From Obrimoposthia wandeli (taxonomy: Eukaryota), in contig CDROCS010001101.1 in assembly GCA_977020255.1 (NCBI GenBank), positions 558,001 through 622,000 of the forward strand: 64,000 bases of DNA, written 5' to 3'. A model generated the notes under the pieces. It was not told where the DNA came from. It was given only the letters and a program-made list of their open reading frames with translations, and did no database searches. Below, one piece after another: positions 1 through 9,112 of this stretch. The translations under genes were made by a program, and so were the position numbers. The stretch's first letter is position 1, and each line of letters opens with the position of its first letter.

Positions 1-623
1 TGCTTTGGATTTGTCTCGACTAGCTTTAAGCCTTTATGGAAATAATCTTGCGCTTTGCCATACTCGCTGGCAAGAATACTAATCACACCCAATGAATTAT
101 AAGATTTAATTAAGAGTTTTTCGTAATTAATCTCTTTTGCAATTTTTACTGATTCATTTAAATAGTCGACTGCAGTATCAAGATCACCACGTTTAGTTCG
201 CTCTATTGCCAATTCAGATAAGGCGCTCGCTTTTACCCATGGCAAATTCTCTTGTTCAGCTAAGACAAGTAAATTTTTGGTATAAGTAGACGCATCATCA
301 ATACGACCTAAACGTAGCATGATGTTGTTCATCGTCATTAAATAATAACTTTGATACAAAGGATTATCTTCAAATACGTCCTTTTTCTCAAAAGGGCCAA
401 TTTTCAATAATGCTTGCTCGCTATCAAAACGAGAGAGGTCAAGTGCCGCCAGTAAATCATGGCCATAAGGTAGATCGGCGAGTAAATCATCAGGGGAAAA
501 TATTACCTTGGCATTAATTGAAATTGGCGCATCCCGATCAAGTAACCCAAATGGACGTAGCATAAATAGCAGCAGGGTAATTCCGACGAAGAAAATAAGA
601 CTAACAGATTTAATGATCTTCAT
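1..623 (-). CDS. Partial (runs off left edge) membrane-anchored TPR protein, paralogue of the TPR-GGDEF at 741-2732
   Basis: Not in ORF track. Manual translation from ATG 623 gives MKIIKSVSLIFFVGITLLLFMLRPFG...MNNIMLRLGRIDDA...ASALSELAIERTKRG...LLIKSYN, collinear with the 741-2732 protein; no stop before window edge. Confidence 0.9.
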   Translation of the reverse strand, partial: MKIIKSVSLIFFVGITLLLFMLRPFGLLDRDAPISINAKVIFSPDDLLADLPYGHDLLAALDLSRFDSEQALLKIGPFEKKDVFEDNPLYQSYYLMTMNNIMLRLGRIDDASTYTKNLLVLAEQENLPWVKASALSELAIERTKRGDLDTAVDYLNESVKIAKEINYEKLLIKSYNSLGVISILASEYGKAQDYFHKGLKLVETNPK

Positions 624-740
624 AATGTTCATTATCGATGCCAAGCAATACAAGGCCCTTCATTCTATTGAATAAATAATACCCTGCCAACCCAATTGAA
701 TAAAATACTATAAAAACAAACGCTAAACCTTAGTGTTACA

Positions 741-2732
741 TTAATCCATTGCAATAATTTGATTACGGCCACTTAGCTTGGCTTTATACAATCGTTCATC
801 AGCTCGTTTGATTAATTTAACGTGTTTGGTCATAAGCTGCGTAACCGATATGTGGATCACGGCACCAATAGACAAAGTGATCTCGATATCACCTGCACTC
901 GTGGTAAAAGGTACCTCTTTTATTGCCAGCCATACCTTTTCGAGTTGTTTTAGACTCGCGATATCATCTTGATGTTCAATCAGGCAAACAAACTCTTCCC
1001 CACCCCAACGCACAATTAGATCCGATGATGGCAAATGCTTAAGAAAACGTTTTGCGACTTCAACAAGCACTTCATCACCTACATCATGGCCGTAGGTATC
1101 GTTAATAATTTTGAAATGATCAAGATCCATAATTGCCAACGTGAAGTTTGAATCTCGATAAAAAGAACTATCCTGCTTTAAGCCCTGTATATAATGATCA
1201 AAGTGGCGGCGGTTATATAAGCCAGTCAATGCATCCCGTGTTGATAACTCAACTAAGTCAGTATTTGAACACCGTAATAATTCATTTTTTTTGGCAATCG
1301 TCGCATTTTTTCTGACGACATAACCTAGGCTAAGTAAGACACAAAATATCATCCCAAAAACAACACGAACACCCAATTTCTGCCTTTCTAATTCAAGGTC
1401 TTGTAAATCATTTTGGGTTTTTAATAATGCCAATGTATTACGTGATGTTTGCGCGTTGAAGGACTCTTCAAGCATATACAATTCGCTCTGGCGTTGGTCA
1501 AACAATGCTTTCTTATTCTCTTGGTAATACAGCTTAAAAAATGCCAACGCTTCAATATCATTACCCAGTTGCTCATGGACTTCAGATAATAATTTATGAT
1601 TAACAGATAGATATACAGTGTTTGATATTTTAATATTTTCTTCGATCGCGTCATTCAAGTTATCAAGCGCGGTAAAATAATGATCCAATTTCATTTCACT
1701 ACGGGCTTTACTGGTATAACACTGGCCACGCTGCAGCGGTAACGCTTTAATACCCGCTAAATCAAGGCAACGATTCGACTCCGCAATAGCAGATTGATAT
1801 TGCTGTTCTAGATAAAGTACATTAGATAGCTCATTTGATACGATGGCTTGTAGGCGTACACTCGAATCTTTAACCAGTGTTTTATGTGCTTCAGCATAAG
1901 CACGACGAGCCTGAACTGCATCGCCTAAACGGAAATAAACATGAGACTCGTTAGACAACAATATAGTCATGATTGATGGCTCTAACCATTTACCATTTTT
2001 GTATATCTGTTTCGATTTTTCAATATACTCAAGCGCCTTATTCCATTCTTCTAAATAAATATAAATAAGTGCTAAATTAGCGATAATCTTGCTGTAATAC
2101 AGGTGTTCAGGATTGCTCTCAACCAGCTTTAAGCCATTATGAAGGTAAGTTTGTGCTTTAGCATAATCGCCCGAAATATTACTGATAACGCCTAATGTAT
2201 TGTAAGACTTAATAAGCAGACCTTGGTAATTAATTTCTTTACTGATACGCACAGACTCATGCAAGTAAACCAATGCAATATCTAACTCACCACGCTTGGT
2301 GCGTTCAATCGCCAATTCAGATAAGGCACTCGCTTCGACCCATTGCATATTTTTTTCTTTTGCAAAATCAAGCAATTGACTGGCATAGATAACAGCATCA
2401 TCAATCCGACCTAAACGCAGCATGATATTATTCATGACCATAAAATAATAAGCTTGGTATAAAGGATGAGCTTGAAATGTGCCGCGTTGATCTAGTAAAT
2501 CGATTCTTAGTAAGGCTTCTTCGCCATCAAAACGGGATATATCACGGGCGGTAAGCACGGCATTACCATAAGGTAATTCAGCGAGCGCAGCATCAGGAGA
2601 GAAAATATTTTCGGTCGCAGTACCGATCCCAATAGGCACATTTTTATCAATAAAACCAAATGGTCGCAGTATAAATAATAGTAAGCTAACGCCAACGACT
2701 AAAACAATACTAACGGGTTTAATTACTTTCAT
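741..2732 (-). CDS. TPR-repeat diguanylate cyclase (N-terminal TM/signal, TPR region, TM, GGDEF)
   Basis: 663 aa; DALTGLYNRR, DLDHFKIINDTYGHDVGD, RWGGEEF; TPR-like helices; second hydrophobic segment before GGDEF; I-site reads PSSD rather than RxxD. Confidence 0.9.
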   Translation of the reverse strand: MKVIKPVSIVLVVGVSLLLFILRPFGFIDKNVPIGIGTATENIFSPDAALAELPYGNAVLTARDISRFDGEEALLRIDLLDQRGTFQAHPLYQAYYFMVMNNIMLRLGRIDDAVIYASQLLDFAKEKNMQWVEASALSELAIERTKRGELDIALVYLHESVRISKEINYQGLLIKSYNTLGVISNISGDYAKAQTYLHNGLKLVESNPEHLYYSKIIANLALIYIYLEEWNKALEYIEKSKQIYKNGKWLEPSIMTILLSNESHVYFRLGDAVQARRAYAEAHKTLVKDSSVRLQAIVSNELSNVLYLEQQYQSAIAESNRCLDLAGIKALPLQRGQCYTSKARSEMKLDHYFTALDNLNDAIEENIKISNTVYLSVNHKLLSEVHEQLGNDIEALAFFKLYYQENKKALFDQRQSELYMLEESFNAQTSRNTLALLKTQNDLQDLELERQKLGVRVVFGMIFCVLLSLGYVVRKNATIAKKNELLRCSNTDLVELSTRDALTGLYNRRHFDHYIQGLKQDSSFYRDSNFTLAIMDLDHFKIINDTYGHDVGDEVLVEVAKRFLKHLPSSDLIVRWGGEEFVCLIEHQDDIASLKQLEKVWLAIKEVPFTTSAGDIEITLSIGAVIHISVTQLMTKHVKLIKRADERLYKAKLSGRNQIIAMD

Positions 2733-3125
2733 TACCTGTGCCTAATAATACCAAGACCCTATATGATATTAAATTAATAATACTATGACTACTTGTCCGA
2801 TATTCTGACTCTAAGTGTTTCTAATTATGAATAAATAAAAGTAGATATCGATTAAGAAAACAGCATTACGCCATTATTTTTTATTGTAAAAAATGGTTTA
2901 TAAACATAATTATAATGTTAGAGATAATCTAAATAGGAGGTAACGCTAAAGTTGATAAAATGGGGGGTATTATGATCGAATGGGGTTGTATCTAACACTA
3001 ACGTGATATAAATGGTTTAAATAAGGATATGCTCGTAAATAAAACTAAAAATAAATTACAAATAAATCCGCATAAACTATCCATACATTATTTATAGGCT
3101 AAAAATGGCTACTTATTCAACAATA

Positions 3126-3177
3126 AGCCAGTAACGCTGGATCCAAATAATACATTATCCTTAAGTCGTTACTGGCT
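3126..3177 (-). terminator. Stem-loop downstream of yceI
   Basis: AGCCAGTAACG (3126-3136) / CGTTACTGGCT (3167-3177) with inner GGAT/ATCC pairing. Confidence 0.45.
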
Positions 3178-3203
3178 AAACTTAGCTACATCTATACATC
3201 GAA

Positions 3204-3791
3204 TTACTGACGTACACCTTCAATATTCAAAGTCATGTCTACATGAGTAGATGCTGGACCAAGGTTAGTCGTAATACCATAATCAGTTAATTTAAGGCTT
3301 GTTTCGCCAGTAAAGCCTACACGGTAACCGCCCCAAGGATCTGAACCTTCACCAATTTTAGTCACTGGGAAAGTAATGGTTTTAGTCACACCTTTAAGGG
3401 TAAAGTCACCCGTTACAGTACCATTATCAGCGTCCGTGAATGTCATGCTTTGGCTTTGGAATGTTGCTTTAGGGAATTTTTTCACATCCAGAAAATCATC
3501 ACTTTTTAAATGCTTATCACGTTCAGCATGGTTTGAATCTAAACTTGCAGTATCAATAACCATGTTGATTTGTGATGCGTTTGGTGATTTAGCATCATAA
3601 GAGAAACCACCATCAAAGGTATTAAAGCGACCAAGTAACCAGCTGTAACCTAAATGCTTAATTTTAAATTGCACTGAAGCATGTGCACCTGCAACATCAA
3701 CTTTATAATCTGCCGCTTGCGCTACGTTTGGAGCCACTGCTGCGAATAGTGAACTTGCTGCAATGGCAGCCGCTAAAATTTGTTTTTTCAT
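3204..3791 (-). CDS. yceI: YceI-family periplasmic lipid/isoprenoid-binding protein
   Basis: Signal peptide MKKQILAAAIAA...AQA then ADYKVD..HASVQFKIKHLGYSWLLGRFNTFDG, RDKHLKSDDF, DPWGGYRVGF; start moved to ATG 3791. Confidence 0.92.
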   Translation of the reverse strand: MKKQILAAAIAASSLFAAVAPNVAQAADYKVDVAGAHASVQFKIKHLGYSWLLGRFNTFDGGFSYDAKSPNASQINMVIDTASLDSNHAERDKHLKSDDFLDVKKFPKATFQSQSMTFTDADNGTVTGDFTLKGVTKTITFPVTKIGEGSDPWGGYRVGFTGETSLKLTDYGITTNLGPASTHVDMTLNIEGVRQ

Positions 3792-3867
3792 CTGATAATC
3801 CTTCATTATTTTTATTTATTATGTTTAATTGCTGCTTTACGGTGCGTAAAGTGACAGGTATTTACTA

Positions 3868-4416
3868 CTATTTAACTTTTAACATACGCATTAACGTATT
3901 ATTTTTATTAATAAAATGGTGCTTAATTGCGGCTAACCCATGGACACCAGCTAAGACAATTAACGCCCACGCTAAAATTTCATGAATTTGACCTGCGATG
4001 TCTTCTTGATTATCAACAGCGAATGGGATTGCGGGTACGGTAAACACCTCAAACACACTGATACCACGGCCATCCGCAGTGGAAATTAAATATCCCGATA
4101 TCATTAATGTAAACATCAGTAGGTATAAACCGAGATGCACTAAGTGCGCACTTTTCAATTCAAATTTGCTAGCATGTTCATCTGCACTGTCTGGGTTGAT
4201 ATTGGTACAACGCCACAGTGTGCGGATAAATAACAGGCCAAGTAATAGAATGCCGATGCTTTTATGCAAATCGAGTGAGCCTTTGTACCAAGCATCGTAA
4301 TAAGTCAGCTCGACCATGTACAAGCCCAGCCCAAACATACCAAAAATGGTTAGCGCCATAAGCCAGTGTAATAAAATGGCCACCCAACCATAAGCCGTTG
4401 TCGTATTTCTTAACAT
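3868..4416 (-). CDS. yceJ: Cytochrome b561 (YceJ-like)
   Basis: 182 aa, four TM helices with heme His (LLHWLMA, LHKSIG, LVHLGLY, IHEILAW); upstream of yceI as in known yceJI pairs. Confidence 0.88.
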   Translation of the reverse strand: MLRNTTTAYGWVAILLHWLMALTIFGMFGLGLYMVELTYYDAWYKGSLDLHKSIGILLLGLLFIRTLWRCTNINPDSADEHASKFELKSAHLVHLGLYLLMFTLMISGYLISTADGRGISVFEVFTVPAIPFAVDNQEDIAGQIHEILAWALIVLAGVHGLAAIKHHFINKNNTLMRMLKVK

Positions 4417-4615
4417 TCGAATATGTCCCCTACATCAGTTAATTCATAGTACTGTGATTGTGACTATTAAAAAATAGTGATTAATGCGAAACTATTGTGC
4501 ATAAATGCACAGAACTTTTACATTAATTTAGATAACCTAATTCGCAATAACATGCATAAGCGATTGTTTCATCTAAACCTCCCTTCAATTTAAAGCGACT
4601 TAAGAGAATTTTGAT

Positions 4616-5512
4616 ATGAAAAATATTTCTTGGGATGATTATAAAATAGCGTATCAAGTTGCCATTGACGGTAGCTTAAGCCAAGCAGGTAAATCGCTAC
4701 ATATCAACCATGCGACAGTTCTACGACGTATTAATCAGCTCGAAAAAGCCTTGGAAATTAAATTATTCTTTCGACACCAGCGTGGTTATAAGCTGACAGA
4801 TGCGGGTGCAATCTTACTCGCGGAATTGCCGGGTCTAATAACCAGTTTTAGTAAACTAGAGCATCAGTTACAGAATGTAGAAAGTAATATTAGTGGTGAG
4901 CTGCGTATTTCAACCATCAGTTCGTATTCTTCACAGCTAGCGCCTGCATTAAAGGCTTTCAGAGACATCTATCCAGCAATACGCATTATGTTATTGTCGA
5001 CAGATGACATAGTGCCATTAGAATCTGGCGCAGCGCACGTCTCTTTACGCGTTGGCCCCAAACCAAACGGCACTGATTTAATAGTCAAACAGCTAACCCG
5101 TTTTAAAACAAACTACTATGCCTCTGCTGAGTACGTAAAAGAATTTGGCTTACCGACAACAGATAAAACACTCAATGATCATCACTGGATCTTGCCAACA
5201 CCAGACAAGTATCGGATCCCTTTTGTGCGCTATATCGTCGATAATATTGATAAAGATAGAATTGTATTTCAAAGTAACCATTTCCCAGATGTAAGCCAAG
5301 CGGTTATAGAAGGTATGGGCATTGGACCTATCGGAGAACACCAAGCCAAGCGATACCCGTCATTGGTACAAGTGACTTTAAACTCACCAGAGTCTGAAGA
5401 GGCTATGTGGTTTGTTTATCATAAAGATTCAAAGCACAGCGCCCGTGTGAAGTGTTTTTATGAGTTCTTACTTAAACGCTTAGAAAACTTAACGGCTTTA
5501 GAAACTAGATAG
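4616..5512 (+). CDS. LysR-family regulator divergent from yceJI
   Basis: 298 aa; HTH GSLSQAGKSLHINHATVLRRINQLE..LFFR; substrate-binding C-terminus. Confidence 0.9.
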   Translation: MKNISWDDYKIAYQVAIDGSLSQAGKSLHINHATVLRRINQLEKALEIKLFFRHQRGYKLTDAGAILLAELPGLITSFSKLEHQLQNVESNISGELRISTISSYSSQLAPALKAFRDIYPAIRIMLLSTDDIVPLESGAAHVSLRVGPKPNGTDLIVKQLTRFKTNYYASAEYVKEFGLPTTDKTLNDHHWILPTPDKYRIPFVRYIVDNIDKDRIVFQSNHFPDVSQAVIEGMGIGPIGEHQAKRYPSLVQVTLNSPESEEAMWFVYHKDSKHSARVKCFYEFLLKRLENLTALETR

Positions 5513-5538
5513 AAGATAGAAGATAGAAGATAGAAGAT
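5511..5538. repeat. Tandem heptamer (AGAAGAT)x4
   Basis: Four exact copies starting inside the LysR stop codon. Confidence 0.95.
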
Positions 5539-5579
5539 AGAGGAAGTCTAGCCAGAAACACTGTTTCTCGCGAATGAAA

Positions 5580-5614
5580 AAACGCTTGCTTATTAATGTT
5601 ATAAGCAAGCGTTT
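5580..5614. terminator. Bidirectional terminator-like hairpin between convergent genes
   Basis: AAACGCTTGCTTAT / ATAAGCAAGCGTTT, 14-bp stem. Confidence 0.7.
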
Positions 5615-5630
5615 GAATGTCGAATACAGA

Positions 5631-6170
5631 TTATTTCAATGTAGCAAGCGCATCTTCTAGCTGTTGCTGTATTTCTTCGTTACGTAATTGACCTGTTTCC
5701 ATATCAAAATTATCGTAAAAACTGCCCACTGAAAGTGAGGCTTTTACTTCACCAGCAAAATAAGGGGCAGAACCAGTTGCTGCTGCTAATACACTCCCTG
5801 CACCACCTGGACCTGGTGAAGTAGCTAACATGAGCATTTTTTTACCTTGATAGACCTTAGGATCAATACGTGAAGTCCAATCGAATAGGTTTTTAAATGC
5901 GGCTGTATACGAGCCGTTATGCTCAGCATACGAAATGATAATGGCATCTACACTACCAATTTTGTCATGAAACGCTTGTGCTTGCTGTGGAATACCGCTT
6001 TCTGTTTCACGATCAATACTATACAACGCCATTTCAAAGTCATTAATATCAATCACTTCGACTTCAGCATTAGTGATCACTTTTGACGTTAAGACTTCAC
6101 CTGCATAACTCACGAGTTGTTTGTTAATTGATTGGCGACTGTTACTTGCTGCTAATGCTAAAACTTTCAT
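5631..6170 (-). CDS. NAD(P)H-dependent FMN reductase (flavodoxin-like)
   Basis: 179 aa; ALAASNSRQSIN, AEHNGSYTAAFKNLFDW, ATSPGPGGA. Confidence 0.9.
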   Translation of the reverse strand: MKVLALAASNSRQSINKQLVSYAGEVLTSKVITNAEVEVIDINDFEMALYSIDRETESGIPQQAQAFHDKIGSVDAIIISYAEHNGSYTAAFKNLFDWTSRIDPKVYQGKKMLMLATSPGPGGAGSVLAAATGSAPYFAGEVKASLSVGSFYDNFDMETGQLRNEEIQQQLEDALATLK

Positions 6171-6374
6171 GGTGATTCCTTTTAAAATTCGATTTGTAAA
6201 TGCGGTTTATACGTTTGCTATTCCTAACTGCGGTCTCGCATGCAAACTTGATGAGTTTATAATAGAGTAAGCATAGCAAAAGATTAATAGCATGAATGGC
6301 AAATGATTATTTCCATATGACTCTTAATTGACTAAGATGGAGGTTATTCACATACTAATAGAAAAGGATTTAAT

Positions 6375-7289
6375 TTGGCTTATAACGCGCAACTGCTCAA
6401 CGGCATGGTTATATTTGTGGAAGTCGTCAATACAGGCAGCTTTACCCTAGCCGCTCAAAGTAGCGGCCATTCTACTTCCTATATTAGTAAAGAAATTAAC
6501 AAACTAGAATCGAGACTTGGCGTGCGCCTCATGCACAGAACCACGCGTTCATTGCGCCTGACGCCCGAAGGCGAGATCTACTTTCTACAATGCCAACAGA
6601 TAATGAGTGATGCAGAGCAAGCAGAAGAAACCCTAAACGGCCGTCAATTAGAGCCTAAAGGCACATTACGCGTCAGCTGCCCGACCAGTTTTGGTAATTC
6701 GCGGATGCAAACCATATTCTCACAGTTTCTAGACCTCTACCCACAAGTTAACCTCGAGTTAGAGTTAGATAATCGTAAAGTCGATATGGTCACAGAAGGC
6801 TTTGACGTGCTCATCCGCGGCTCTGCGCAGCTAGACGACTCAACATTCATCAGCAAGAGAATATTCAGCTCACAAGGGGTCACAATAGCATCGCCGGATT
6901 ATCTGCAGCAACATGGCACGCCACAAGTACTCGCTGACCTAGCGCAACATAAAGTCATCAGTTATAGCAATTTGAAACAACCTAATACTTGGTCTTTAAA
7001 GCATAACTCTGGCCAGCAACACCAGATCCAAGTTCAAAGCAGAGTACTCACCAACAGCTCTGAAATGGAGCTGTCTTTATGCCTTGCTGGTCACGGTATT
7101 ACCCGCATGCCACGCTTCAATCTTGGTGACGAAATAGAGACGGGTAAATTAATCGAGTTGTTTAATGATTATCAACATCAAGAAATCAATGTGTATTTGA
7201 TTTACCCAAGCCGTAAATACGTTTCTTCAAAGGTAAGGCACTTCATTGATTTTGTTACTGCAGAATTGTCAGAAGACAACATGGTTTAA
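6375..7289 (+). CDS. LysR-family regulator divergent from FMN reductase
   Basis: 304 aa (TTG start); GSFTLAA..LESRLGVRLMHRTTRSLRLTPEG. Confidence 0.92.
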   Translation: MAYNAQLLNGMVIFVEVVNTGSFTLAAQSSGHSTSYISKEINKLESRLGVRLMHRTTRSLRLTPEGEIYFLQCQQIMSDAEQAEETLNGRQLEPKGTLRVSCPTSFGNSRMQTIFSQFLDLYPQVNLELELDNRKVDMVTEGFDVLIRGSAQLDDSTFISKRIFSSQGVTIASPDYLQQHGTPQVLADLAQHKVISYSNLKQPNTWSLKHNSGQQHQIQVQSRVLTNSSEMELSLCLAGHGITRMPRFNLGDEIETGKLIELFNDYQHQEINVYLIYPSRKYVSSKVRHFIDFVTAELSEDNMV

Positions 7290-7300
7290 GCGTTCGTTCT

Positions 7301-7363
7301 AAGCCATTTGTGGGCCGAAATGGCTTAGCGATTGAGCTTTAAACTGGACTGTTCGCATTACTG
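7301..7363 (+). repeat. Dispersed repeat copy A (putative recombination site), includes 11-bp hairpin 7299-7328
   Basis: AAGCCA-N11-AAATGGCTTAGCGATTGAGCTTTAAACTGGACTGTTCGCATTACTG; 35/46 identical to copy C over 7318-7363 vs 10305-10350, ungapped. Confidence 0.8.
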
Positions 7364-7474
7364 AAAGTATGGTGATATAGAGATTAGCGCTCCACTAAGG
7401 AGATATTTATAGCTGGCTAAATATTGGATGCAGTGAAAGTAGCCAACTGTTAATGTTCCTGCCTTAGTGCCTTA

Positions 7475-7894
7475 TTATATGCTTAACTGCTTTTGTAAAA
7501 AATAACTAGTATGACCTTTAGGCATATCAGCTAATTCGCCAAAAACGGAATAACCAGCTTTGATGTAAAAGTCGAGTGCTTGGAATGTAGTTGTTTCCAA
7601 CCGAATGTTAGGAGTATTTTGAGATAAAGCATATTCCTCCATACGAGATAATAGTTTTTTCCCCCATCCACTTCCACGAATACTTTCATCAATCCATAAA
7701 CCTTGAATATGCATCCAGTTCCAATTTATTTCACCTAAAATCCCACCAACAATGTCGCCGGATTCATCTTTAACAAATGATGAAATTTTCTCTCTAAACA
7801 CTAACCCTGTGTATGATTCATTATATTCCGTCAAACCTGATTTTAAGGCTTCAAAGTCTTTTTCTTGAGGTGGAAGAGGATTAGTTAATTCCAT
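7475..7894 (-). CDS. GNAT-family N-acetyltransferase
   Basis: 139 aa; LWIDESIRGSGWGKKLL acetyl-CoA motif A, FYIKAGY. Confidence 0.9.
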   Translation of the reverse strand: MELTNPLPPQEKDFEALKSGLTEYNESYTGLVFREKISSFVKDESGDIVGGILGEINWNWMHIQGLWIDESIRGSGWGKKLLSRMEEYALSQNTPNIRLETTTFQALDFYIKAGYSVFGELADMPKGHTSYFLQKQLSI

Positions 7895-7922
7895 AATTAT
7901 GAATACCCTTGCTAGTATCTAG

Positions 7923-8555
7923 TTACTTGCTAGTCGCTAAGCGAGTTGCCAAGCCTATAAAAATAAAGCCCAATAGACCATCTATATGACGACCCAAATT
8001 CAATTTATTACCGACTAATTTACCAAACTTACTAAATGTTATAGAAAAAATACTATTAATTAATAAAGCAAAGCAACTTAACATAAACCCTAATATTAAA
8101 ATTTGAACTGAGAGCAAACCTGTGCCAGTAGTAAATTGCGGCAAAAACAAACTAAAGAACAATAAAGCCTTGGGATTAAGTAAATTATTCAAAAAACCTT
8201 TATTCATAAGACTTATATTAGTTAAGTTTTCAATTGGTTTAGTTTGGCCACTTTTAAAGTTGTTGCAGTACCAGCTAAGTAACATTTTCACACCTAAATA
8301 ACTTAAATATAACGCTCCAACTATTTTTATAGCATATGCAAACACAGGGATTGATTGCATCAATTGTCCTAAACCAAATGCAACGAGCAATGTTTGCAAA
8401 ATACCTGCACAAAACACACCTATAGAAATCATGAAGCCTGCTTTAAAACCCTTAGTAGAAGAATAGGTTGAAATCAAAACCAAATCAGGACCAGGCGAAA
8501 TGGCTAAAAAGAAAATAGCAGTAAAAAACAAAGGTAACATTGTAAAATCTATCAT
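7923..8555 (-). CDS. LysE/RhtB-family exporter
   Basis: 210 aa; AISPGPD, GFLNNLLNPKALLFF, hydrophobic. Confidence 0.9.
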   Translation of the reverse strand: MIDFTMLPLFFTAIFFLAISPGPDLVLISTYSSTKGFKAGFMISIGVFCAGILQTLLVAFGLGQLMQSIPVFAYAIKIVGALYLSYLGVKMLLSWYCNNFKSGQTKPIENLTNISLMNKGFLNNLLNPKALLFFSLFLPQFTTGTGLLSVQILILGFMLSCFALLINSIFSITFSKFGKLVGNKLNLGRHIDGLLGFIFIGLATRLATSK

Positions 8556-8798
8556 GTAGATACTCGATAATATTTAAGAGTGCTAGACAGGCCATCGAAC
8601 AAATTTTTGATGGCGATTTTTTACGTATTTTTGCATAAAAAGTGACCACGTAAATTTATTACTCGCAGCCATTTTATTGAGTATATTGATATTAATCAAT
8701 AGGTGAAAAGATAAACCTGATTGCCTTTTGACAAATTGAGACTGCGTTCATCGAACTACCAATAATACTGTATAAAATCAGCCTATTTTGCCGTTTTA

Positions 8799-8924
8799 TT
8801 AATGCATAAAATGTATGGCACATCGACATGAACATATTGCGACTGAGTAAATGTTCCAAATATCTTCTAGCCTAAATGGCTTCTTAGCACCATGTACGTG
8901 ATTTGAGTTATTTACAATCATCAT
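8799..8924 (-). pseudogene. Short ORF (41 aa), probable N-terminal remnant of a tyrosine recombinase
   Basis: Not in ORF track. MMIVNNSNHVHGAKKPFRLEDIWNIYSVAICSCRCAIHFMH*, preceded by perfect SD AGGAGGT. KKPFRLEDIW matches, from recall, the N-terminal GQKKPF(K/R)LEDIW of a widespread proteobacterial tyrosine recombinase family; no catalytic domain follows. Confidence 0.55.
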
Positions 8925-8960
8925 GACCTCCTATTGCAGATAATGGTCATGATGATTGTA
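8913..8960 (-). promoter_or_regulatory. Perfect 16-bp hairpin sequestering SD and start codon
   Basis: TACAATCATCATGACC (8913-8928) / GGTCATGATGATTGTA (8945-8960), 16-nt loop; minus strand reads AATAGGAGGTCATGATG. Confidence 0.8.
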
Positions 8961-8961
8961 G

Positions 8962-9005
8962 AATGGAACAGATACAGAGCTTGGAAATGGACAATTCCGC
9001 GTTAG
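8962..9005 (+). repeat. Dispersed repeat copy B
   Basis: AATGG-AACAGATACA-GAGCTT-GGAAA-TGGAC-AATTCC-GCGTTAG; same spacing as copy A, 29/43 matches with one gap; directly abuts the hairpin. Confidence 0.6.
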
Positions 9006-9112
9006 AACATTAGCCCAATGTTTTCCTTACAGATAAGTTCTAGTATTTAAAATCACCAGAACTCATTACTGAGGAACAAAGCTTTTTTATCGCGATAGGA
9101 AAGACTCGAACA

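Noticed and set aside
2969-2996. Micro-ORF MIEWGCI* after a G-rich SD-like tract
   Set aside because: Seven codons, no supporting evidence.
8768-8781. LexA box CTGTATAAAATCAG
   Set aside because: Spacing is CTG-N8-CAG, two bases short.
8875-8910. Extra copy of the dispersed repeat (AAATGGCTT..GATTTGAGTT)
   Set aside because: Spacing is wrong, and it is better explained as the antisense of the KKPF codons; coincidence cannot be fully excluded.
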